Shown: one piece after another, positions 23,624 through 32,981 of the stretch
Layout of the letters: each line of letters starts with the position of its first letter
How positions within the stretch are numbered: the first letter of the stretch is position 1
Assembly (NCBI RefSeq): GCF_001194135.2
Contig: NC_069001.1
Location: forward strand, 34,360,279-34,393,259
Source of the DNA: Octopus bimaculoides
Lineage: Eukaryota
Reading direction: 5' to 3'
DNA length: 32,981 nucleotides
Position numbers and translations under genes: made by a program
The notes under the pieces: generated by a model
The model's database searches: none
What the model was told of the DNA's origin: nothing
The model's input: only the letters and a program-made list of their open reading frames with translations

Positions 23624-23822
23624 AATCTCCATAAACACTAAAAGAATTCAAAGACACAAAGGCATTTCCACTTCCTGTTGTTTCTGCAGCCAAAGTTGCC
23701 ACCAACAATATATAGTAACGCATCTCAGGGTTCAGTTGAGAAATGGAAGCTTCTGCTTCAGTGAAAATTTTTATACCATATAACTCCAAATCATCTTTTT
23801 CTCCCTCTTCTGTCTGTCTCAT
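23624..23822 (-). CDS. Candidate first coding exon, possibly with a signal peptide (MRYYILLVATLAAETTG)
   Basis: 66 open codons from ATG 23822 (second ATG at 23723) ending at a GAT T|GTAAGT donor (23623-23618). No homology recognised. Confidence 0.25.
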
Positions 23823-25240
23823 TTCATTTCTCTTTATCTCTCTCTCTCTAGTTTTTTTCTGTTGTTCTTTTTTATTTTATTTTTTTTGTGCTTGGATTAC
23901 ACATATAAGTTTATTTCAATGCCATGATGTCTTCTGCATGTTCCACTTTGTCATAGAATATTTTCTTTTGAGTGTACATGTGTTTGCTTCTCAGAAACTT
24001 TTGTAGATAAACATACATGCAAGAAAACAAAAGCAAAAAAAAAATAATAATTAAAAAAAAACACAAAAAACAATGATGTGATGTTGCACAGCAGTACAAC
24101 AGCAAAACCTAATGATTTAAAACAAGTTTGCAGGAGGCAAAGACATTAATTTCGAAAATGATTCATTTAAAAACGAGATAGCTTATTACTTAAATATTTG
24201 CCATACATAGCATACATTAAATTGTCAACATATTAACTGAAAAGAAATAACAATAATAATGGATTTATAGTTATTGATATAAACCCAAAGTTGTCATAGC
24301 ATTGTGTAATTCTTCAAAACAAAACAAATAAACGAACTAAAATTGAATGAATGTTGTTATCTTAATAATTTTTCATGGAGTTCCAGTGGTGAGAAGTAGT
24401 ATAGTGGATATGAAATTTGGTTTCTTCTTACATGGTAATGATTCCAGTGTCACAGAATTTTCAGATAAAAATATTACTGGGAGCCTCTTTCAAATTTCTG
24501 CTGCTCTTCATCCTCATCATTTCAGCTTTGATTTTCCATGATTGCAAGGGTTGGACAGAGTTTATTGAGGCAGATTTTGTACAGCTGGATGCTTTCCCTG
24601 TTGCCAACCCTCATCGATTTCCAAGCCAAGTAATATTTCTCTGTTGCTGGATTATATGTTTTTGCAGAATACTGGGAATGAATGACACTGCTTGTGTGAC
24701 AGTGACAATCATCTACAACTATTAAATGATGTCAAAAAAAGAGACTTAAACATACAGACACTCTCACACATGCACACACACACTTACATACATGCATACA
24801 TACATACATAAATGTATATGCATGTATGCCCATTTGGTATGGAGGATGCTTACAACCATTGGAATAAGAGTGAAAGAGTGAGAGGTAGTTAGTTATGCGC
24901 AGGATGGGAGAGGCAGCAGAAAGAGTCTCTATGAAGCAGGAGAGAGGAGTTAAACTAGAAGCTAGGAGAAGATGATAAGCAGTAATTTGGCCGCCTCTCC
25001 TGCCTCACCAGTGAGAGGATGTTATGGCCCAGGGTTGAAACACCCGATGGTTGTTGGATACCATCCGATGAAATCAGTTCCTCCTGGCCAAAACTTATTT
25101 CACTCTCTGTCTGCCAAACTTACTCGCAAGACTTTGGTCCCCTCAGAAGCTACAAAAGAAAACACTTGCCCAAGGTAGATTCTTAAGAGATTCAATTGGT
25201 AATTGGTTCTATATTGAAGAGAACTATTTTGAATTTAGCA

Positions 25241-25279
<39 letters not shown>

Positions 25280-25626
25280 ATACATGCATAAAAAGAATTA
25301 GTGATACACTGTTGACATTCCCTGTTTGACATTAGGATGAGTCACTCTGCTTGTTCAAAGATCGGTGAAATGAAAAATCTGTGACCCGAACAATAAGCAA
25401 CAATTGCCAATGAGATGGTCATAAAATCCTGCTTCAAATACATTCCTGACCGACCCATATTAACATGGAGAAATGACCATTAGAAGAACAAAGATATTCA
25501 TATGAGCATGAGTATATGCATTTATATATATATATGTACAGAGACATCTACAAACATGTACACACACACACACACACACACAAATATATATATATATATA
25601 TATACATATGTATGTATGTATATATA

Positions 25627-25698
25627 AACCACTGCAATAAGTGTGTGAATCTGAAAGGGAGATATGTTGAATATAATCATAATTAATTGATCCTCCTG
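25627..25698 (+). mobile_element. Second mariner C-terminal fragment
   Basis: NHCNKCVNLKGRYVEY; near-duplicate of ~25858-25925, separated from it by (TA)n/(TACA)n. Confidence 0.75.
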
Positions 25699-25739
<41 letters not shown>

Positions 25740-25751
25740 CATACATACATA

Positions 25752-25966
25752 CATGAGGGGGTGCTGAAAAGTTTCTGGCTTTAAGGGTGTTGTGAAAGGC
25801 CTAACTGGAGGCCCAAACTTCTGAGTTTCTTTCACAGGGCTTAGAAAAAACTGAAGGACCACTGAAATAAGTGTGTGAATCTGAGAGAACACGTTGAATA
25901 AACTCAAAATTAATTGATCCTTCTGTATTTTCTTTTACCCAAAGCCAAGAACTTTTCAGCACCCCC
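25752..25966 (+). mobile_element. Mariner-derived MITE / deleted mariner
   Basis: 26-nt TIRs GGGGGTGCTGAAAAGTTTCTGGCTTT (25757-25782) and AAAGCCAAGAACTTTTCAGCACCCCC (25941-25966), 2 mismatches, TA on the left. Interior encodes a broken transposase C-terminus (EFLSQGLEK / LKDH*NKCVNLREHVE*), like the mariner ...W.KC....G.YVE. end. Confidence 0.85.
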
Positions 25967-26671
25967 TGCTTTATATACACACATACATACACACAGAAAC
26001 ATATATATATATATATATGTATGTACCTACATGCATACGTGCATACAAATATATATATGTATGCACATTAACCATAGAGACACTAGATACAATTGGCATT
26101 TTCTCCTCCCCGTATGATAAAATACTTCATCCTTTATTACTTGTCTTTATTATTTGAATGTCAAAAGGGTAGAGGTTATCTCTTGCAGTGCCAATCCTAT
26201 GATCCTGTTTCAATTCCTGGCTGCAACCTTTTCTGTTTTCTAATGTTCTTAATGCTTTCGATAAACATACAAATGTCACACAATCTAATTTCCTTCTCGG
26301 CTAGAAATCAAAGGCCTTGTGACAACGTAGGTAGTCATTTTTAGATTAATTCATATACATACATACACATATGCATGTATGTATGTATGTATCTATTTAT
26401 CAAACATTCTACAAATAGACATTGATTCCTTGATAATATGCACTCCACACCCCATTTTTGCTCCTTGTTGTGCCATCTGTTTTATTTCTCCTATGGAAGC
26501 TGCTCTGTGCAGTGTTCATTGTTATTGTTACATACTACAAAGAAGGCTAAGGTTTTAATAATATGTAATGTGTCCATGGAAATATCATCTCTATTCAAAA
26601 CCAGAAAATATGTATGCTTGTTTGACATGCATTATGTGTGTTGCGTCTTTGTGTCATTGTGTTTCTGTTAG

Positions 26672-27070
26672 CCTCTCTCTGTGTCTAACTACCGGTGTTG
26701 GTTTGTTTAATTCCCTGTAACTCAGTGTTTCTGTAAAAAGGGTGCTGATAGACTTACTATTAAAAATAAGTTCTGTGGTTGATTTGATTGGCTAAACACT
26801 ATAAGGTAGTGCTCAAGCCCGGCATCATCATGTCAGTCAAAAAGCTGAATGAATATACACGCATACATGCATGTATGTGTGTATATATGTGTGTGTGTGT
26901 GGGGGGGGGGCTGTGTGGCTGTTTGGTAAGAAACTTGATTCCCAATCACATGGTTACAGGTTCTGTTCCACTGTGTGGCACCCTGGGTAAATGTCTTCAA
27001 TTAAAGCCTTGTGCTGACCAAAACCTTGTAAGTGGATTTCGTAGACAGAACCTGAAAGAAGCCTCTTGTA
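26672..27070 (+). mobile_element. SINE family 1 3' half followed by a new head
   Basis: CTACCGGTGTTGGTTTGTTTAATTCCCTGTAACTCAG...GGTAGTGCTCAAGCCCGGC (26672-26835) and GGCTGTTTGGTAAGAAACTTGATTCCCAATCACATGG...GAAAGAAGCC (26910-27070). Confidence 0.75.
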
Positions 27071-27289
27071 TATATATATGTGTGAGTGTGGTTGTGTTAA
27101 ATTGTCCAGATTCCTGTTTTGTTATAAATACATACATAGATAATTANNNNNNNNNNAGATATGAATATGATAAATCATAACAGGAAATAGAGACAAGGAA
27201 GAGCAGTAATTTAATGCACATTTGTGCACACATCAGTGTGTGTGCATCTGTGTGCATGTTAGTATGCAATAACATTTGGTGAGTTGGAA

Positions 27290-27404
27290 ACTACATTAAT
27301 AACCGTGTGTGTCAATGTACATGTTTATGTGTTCATGTGTGTGTGTATACACATACTCACACACACATATGTATATGTATGCATTTGTATGTAACTATAT
27401 AAAG

Positions 27405-27475
<71 letters not shown>

Positions 27476-27498
27476 AACACAAATACATTTGCATGCAT

Positions 27499-27530
<32 letters not shown>

Positions 27531-27572
27531 ATATGTGTGTATATACATACATATGTATATATGCATATGTAA

Positions 27573-27613
<41 letters not shown>

Positions 27614-27623
27614 NNNNNNNNNN

Positions 27624-27656
<33 letters not shown>

Positions 27657-27770
27657 CATGTATATGTATATATTTGTATATATATTTATGTACATACACA
27701 AATATACATATTTGTACATACATACATGCATACATACATACATACATACATANNNNNNNNNNATACATAC

Positions 27771-27823
<53 letters not shown>

Positions 27824-27825
27824 TG
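27290..27825. repeat. Compound (TA)n/(TATG)n/(TACA)n array with two 10-N gaps
   Basis: Directly visible; source of the six overlapping YIYI ORFs. Confidence 0.95.
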
Positions 27826-28480
27826 TGTGTTTGTGTTTCTAAGGGGAAGTGAGTGCATGCCTGTGCCATGAATAATATATATTGCTGTATACCAACGATC
27901 AGAGTGCATTTCAGATTAATATTATCAACTATTGTGTTTGATGGTGTTACACATTCCCTGGAGGGGCAAATGTCCTAAATAAAGGTGTCACTTAATTGAT
28001 TATGTGTGACTTTGTCTCTTTTCGCCCAGTCAGTGCATAACAGTGTATAAGTTTAAGCAGATGGTGTGTGTATCTGCGATGCAAAGCGAGATAGAGCATA
28101 CATATATACAAACATATATACATATATATACATATATACATATATACATACACACACAAACACAAATATATAGATTATATTATGCGTTTTCTTTTGGCTC
28201 TAGTGTAAACTGTTGTGATATATGAGATATACTATGATATATAAATGCTGTTTGAATCTGACCTCCATTGTAGTTTATCATCCAACTGAAAATAGATATA
28301 AAGATTTTGTAATAACTTTTTTGTATTTATTTTGGATGAGTTAGTCGTACATTGTTATGTCATGATAAAAGGCACGATCGGTCCATATTGTCTCCTTTTT
28401 CTATGTTTCTTTTTTACATATTGCTTGGATTTTTTTGCAAGGATCTCTTTAGGACTGCTAGTGTGTGATGTCTGCACATT

Positions 28481-28527
<47 letters not shown>

Positions 28528-28534
28528 TTTACTG

Positions 28535-28760
28535 TTATGCTGGCAGAATTGTTAGCATGCTGGGAAAAATGCTTAACGGCATTTCATCTGTCTGCATGTC
28601 TTGAGTTCAAATTCTGCCGAGGTCAAATTTGCCTTCCATCCTTTCGGGGTCAATAAAATAAGTACTGGTTCAGTACTGGGGGGAGGGGTCAATGTAATCA
28701 ACTTAATCCCTCCCCCAAAATTTCAGGCCTTGTGCCTATAATAGAAAAGATTATTATTAT
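28535..28760 (+). mobile_element. SINE family 2 copy, preceded by (TTA)n at 28483-28527
   Basis: GCTGGCAGAATTGTTAGCATGCTGGGAAAAATGCTTAACGGC...TTTGCCTTCCATCCTTTCGGGGTCAATAAAATAAGTAC...GAAAAGATTATTATT. Confidence 0.85.
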
Positions 28761-28804
28761 TAGTAGTATTATAGAGCTCTAAGTACCATCCTCTCTGTTT
28801 GTAG

Positions 28805-28879
28805 TAGTGTGAATTTGGTTGTGGCTGATATCCTCATGGTGCAAACTGTGAGAGTGCATTTGCCTGACTACTATGGAAG
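28805..28879 (+). CDS. Candidate 75-nt symmetric exon (SVNLVVADILMVQTVRVHLPDYYG)
   Basis: CCATCCTCTCTGTTTGTAG acceptor (NAGNAG), AAG|GTAGTG donor (moderate); single open frame, phase 2-2. Confidence 0.2.
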
Positions 28880-29011
28880 GTAGTGTGTGGAACAGGCTAG
28901 CCTTTCAGTGGTATTGTCTTCTGCTTTTATTAGAGTACAGTATAAAGCTTGCCCACCTTCAGAATACAGGCTCTACTACACTGTACTTACAGCTCTATAC
29001 TGTATTCTAAC

Positions 29012-29050
<39 letters not shown>

Positions 29051-29055
<5 letters not shown>

Positions 29056-29142
29056 TTAGGGAAAAGAACCAAGTTTCTAATTTTTTTAAAATTGATTTTA
29101 ATTGAGTTTTTACCTGTAATTTTGGATTTTGTCCCTATTATT
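29051..29142. mobile_element. Second copy of the 17686-18027 family with an inversion junction
   Basis: 29051-29077 matches the start of the left arm; 29078-29142 matches 17960-18027; runs into an N gap. Confidence 0.7.
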
Positions 29143-29384
29143 NNNNNNNNNNNNNNNNNNNNNNNNNNNNNNNNNNNNNNNNNNNNNNNNNNNNNNNNNN
29201 NNNNNNNNNNNNNNNNNNNNNNNNNNNNNNNNNNNNNNNNNNNNNNNNNNNNNNNNNNNNNNNNNNNNNNNNNNNNNNNNNNNNNNNNNNNNNNNNNNNN
29301 NNNNNNNNNNNNNNNNNNNNNNNNNNNNNNNNNNNNNNNNNNNNNNNNNNTATATATATATATATATATATATCTTACAGATTT

Positions 29385-29647
29385 TTATCATGTAAAACGT
29401 ACCCATGTTGGTTCCACATATAAAGCACCTGTGCTGGTGCCATGTATAAACCATCCGTTCTAGTGCCATGTAAAAAGCACCCAGTACACTCTGTAAAGTA
29501 TTTGGCTTTAGGAAGGGCACCTAGCTGTAGAAACCATGCCAAACCAGACAATTGGAGCCTGGTGTAGCTCTGCAGCTAGCCAGCTCCTGTCAAACCGTCA
29601 AACCCATGCCAGCTTGGAAAGCGGATGCTAAATGATGATGATGATGC

Positions 29648-29679
<32 letters not shown>

Positions 29680-29750
29680 TGTATGTATGTATGTGTGTGT
29701 TATGTATGTATGTATGTATGTATTATGTATGCATGTATGTATGTACGTAT
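29385..29750 (+). mobile_element. SINE 3' body with (GAT)n tail running into (TATG)n
   Basis: GTAAAAAGCACCCAGTACACTCTGTAAAG...AGGAAGGGCACCTAGCTGTAGAAACCATGCC...CCCATGCCAGCTTGGAAAGCGGATGCTAAATGATGATG. Confidence 0.85.
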
Positions 29751-30319
29751 GTAATTATACTAAGGTAACATGTTTTGTACAGTGAGCTCTGCCTAGCATT
29801 CTAATCAGTGAAAATTACATCTTTAATGAAAATAATATCATTAGCATTAATAATTCATGAAAAAGATAGGCAAGGGAGACAACTTGGAGATCCATGAAAT
29901 TTTCTCAACCATTTTTCCATCTCCCATAATTATTGTAATTATTACACATAAACTCATATTACATGTGTTCAATATTTAATGACTTAAAAGGGATTCTGGA
30001 AATTTTATTATTTTCATTAAACATGGAATTCAGAAAATTAAAACTATAAAAATTAAAATGAAACATGAAATATAAAAATGAAGGAAGAATCTCTCAAATT
30101 ATTACTTTTTAAATATGATGATCATCATTTGTTTCCAGCTAAATTCCCATTAAGGATGCTTTAAATTATTTTGATGTAGAATATTCCAATGTAACATATT
30201 TCCATAATAAATGCTAAATGTTGTTCTTCAAAGAAAATGAAATATTTTCAGGTTACGTAATTTTCTTCAAATCAAAGATCTTTAATTCTCGTTTTCCAAG
30301 CAGCTTAGTTATGTAGGTT

Positions 30320-30351
<32 letters not shown>

Positions 30352-30482
30352 CATGTGTGTGTGTATGTATGTGGAATATATGTATAAACATATATACATA
30401 GTGCACATGCATATGTATGTATATGTACATAATATATAACATGCATATTTATCTCTTTCTATCTATGCATATATATATATAT

Positions 30483-30513
<31 letters not shown>

Positions 30514-30839
30514 NNNNNNNNNNNNNNNNNNNNNNNNNNNNNNNNNNNNNNNNNNNNNNNNNNNNNNNNNNNNNNNNNNNNNNNNNNNNNNNNNNNNNNN
30601 NNNNNNNNNNNNNNNNNNNNNNNNNNNNNNNNNNNNNNNNNNNNNNNNNNNNNNNNNNNNNNNNNNNNNNNNNNNNNNNNNNNNNNNNNNNNNNNNNNNN
30701 NNNNNNNNNNNNNNNNNNNNNNNNNNNNNNNNNNNNNNNNNNNNNNNNNNNNNNNNNNNNNNNNNNNNNNNNNNNNNNNNNNNNNNNNNNNNNNNNNNNN
30801 NNNNNNNNNNNNNNNNNNNNNNNNNNNNNNNNNNNNNNN

Positions 30840-30880
<41 letters not shown>

Positions 30881-31699
30881 TACATGTGTATGTGTATACA
30901 CAGTTATGTATGTATATCATGTTTATTATTACCAGGGCAGTAAGACAATTTTAGTAATCGGTATGATAAAGCCAAAATTAGTTTCCTGTTCTTAACCTTT
31001 CTAAAGTTGAATCATACATTGTAATCGCCCACCCCTGTTGTACAGACATGATCTAGAAAACAATATTTATTTGTCTTTTTTTCAGTTTCCCTCCCTCGTA
31101 ATTTAATCTACATTAGACTCATTCCTTCTAAACTAAGTCAAACAGAAAAAAATGAAATGATAGAACTGAAAAGAAAGAAAATAATATGGTAGCATCTGTA
31201 ATACGGTATATTCCTAAATGGTACCATGATATAAAAATATTTTAGAAATATCTGCCCTAATGGATAATTGACTTATTTACTCCTGTGGTTTTTTTTTTTC
31301 TGTTCTCTGATCATTTTTTATTTTACCATTTACAGCACATTCCATTTTGTTAGCATCTACACATGCATACAAATATGAATGCACACTCGTGCACACTAAA
31401 ATTCTCATGCATACACATACACAGAAACTTGTGTACACACGCACAAATTTAGGAGTGTGAGTTGTTTGCTCTCCAGTCCATACTAGCATGGATCATGGGG
31501 TGTTAACTGATGATGAGGATGATGTCAAAGACGATGATGATGATGATGATAATGATGGACCTCTTCAAATGACATTTTTGTGATTCACCAGGAATATTTT
31601 GTATAATTTTAGTCAGAAAATTATCTCCGTATGAAGTTCCCTTTTTTGATGTCTTCCAATAATATTAGACCTGAAATGAAACAAAAGTACAAACGTAAT

Positions 31700-32255
31700 C
31701 TCTCTCTCTGGCCTTCCCTCTTTCTATCTCTTTCACCCACTCTCTCACCCAATCTCTTTCTCCCACACACACATACACTCCCTCACACACATACATTCTC
31801 TCTCTCTCTCACACATACGTTTTCTCTCTCTCTCACACACACATGCTCTCTCTCACATACATACTCTCTCTCACATACATACACATACACTCTCTCACAC
31901 ACATACACACTCTCTCACACACACTCTCTCTCTCACATATACTTTCTCTCTCTCACAGACACATGCACTCTCTCTCTCATACACACACATACACACTCAC
32001 ACACTCTCTCTCACACACACAAATACTCACTCTCTCTCTCTCTCTCTCACACACACGTAATACACTCTCTCTCTTTCTCTCACACACACCCACTCACACA
32101 CTTTCTCTCTCACACACACTCTCTCTCACTCACACACACACTCTCTCTCACACACACACACACTCGCAAACTCTCTCTCACACACATACACTCACACACT
32201 CTCTCTCTCTCACACACATACACTCACACACTCTCTCTCACACACACACACATTA
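31700..32255 (+). repeat. Compound (CT)n/(CA)n low-complexity tract
   Basis: Directly visible; source of the SLTH-rich ORFs 31631..32272 and 31843..32256. Confidence 0.95.
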
Positions 32256-32339
32256 GCCACAGACCTCAATAACGTATGTTTGATTATCATATATCACTAC
32301 TTACCATATCTTTTATTATTTTCTTTTTTTCTATTTCAG

Positions 32340-32477
32340 GTAAGATTTTTGGGTTCTTTGGTTGATTTTCAGAAAATAAGAGAAATTTCTTTTATGTTTG
32401 TTTGTGGTGGAGCAATCCTCCTCTGTTGATGATCAATATGGAAATGCACTGAATGAATTAATGTTTGTTTTCCAGAG
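32340..32477 (+). other. Candidate 138-nt non-coding exon whose acceptor is also a donor (recursive-site-like)
   Basis: TTTTATTATTTTCTTTTTTTCTATTTCAG|GTAAGA at 32339/32340; downstream GAG|GTAAGT at 32477/32478; stops in all three frames. Confidence 0.35.
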
Positions 32478-32981
32478 GTAAGTCACTTAAATATTTCTAA
32501 ATATATAATGACGCGAACATATAATTGAATAATTTGAGAAGATTGTCTGTGTAGACAAAAATGTTTATTTATAACCTCCAACTACATTTGATACTTCTGT
32601 AAAAATGTCAATAATTACAATTGAATTCACACCATTAACTGCTCTGAGGTTTTTCATTGGATTTTTCAAGGCATTTGAACTTGCGTAGATTGTGAAGTCA
32701 TTTCATCATTAGCTTCTCGTTACATTCACCAAAATATCTATTATCGTTGCCTTCTAACAGTAAATTAGAACCTAGAATCAGTGGAAGGATGGTGTTCCTA
32801 AGTTCAAAGGATCATTAGTATTGGTGTGAGATGTGGAATGAAGGTTCACAAATTGGGAATATTTTGCATAGAGCCACTGAACCTCTGCTAATCACCTAGA
32901 ATGTGCTAGGTATATTGAATTGAAATATTTTCTGCATTCTATGGTGTTTGTATTCTTTCATGTATGTTACACACACACACA

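Noticed and set aside
23763-23795. FERM-like DLELYGIKIF
   Set aside because: Resemblance is limited to ~10 residues; flanks do not follow the FERM pattern.
26456-26518. Ankyrin-like TLHRAASIG on the minus strand
   Set aside because: Immediately preceded by a stop with no acceptor; lacks the TPLH proline and the second-helix pattern.
31488-31583. Acidic mini-ORF MDHGVLTDDEDD...
   Set aside because: It is the (GAT)n tail of a SINE remnant (compare 29600-29645).

Overview
AT-rich eukaryotic DNA dominated by microsatellites and short interspersed repeats, with eight N gaps. The SINE-like families resemble those I recall from Octopus (coleoid cephalopod) genomes; this is inference from recall, not a database result. 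No protein-coding gene could be identified by homology, and most of the ORF track is translated microsatellite or N-gap artefact. Best supported: many tRNA-derived SINE copies; a 3' fragment of an R4/Dong-like non-LTR retrotransposon (11073-11334, minus); a mariner-derived MITE (25752-25966); TTAA-bounded piggyBac-like MITEs; a probable Penelope-like remnant with an exact 83-bp direct repeat and a hammerhead-like core (2129-2717); and a ~95-bp-arm fold-back (17686-17917). Also seen: a CpG-enriched promoter-like island (~9014-9760), a recursive-splice-site-like AG|GTAAGA (32338-32345), two matching dyad sites (12856-12991) and several low-confidence candidate exons on both strands. I find no solid evidence of a new biological system; the findings are leads to test. 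Coordinates were counted by eye and repeat boundaries are approximate.
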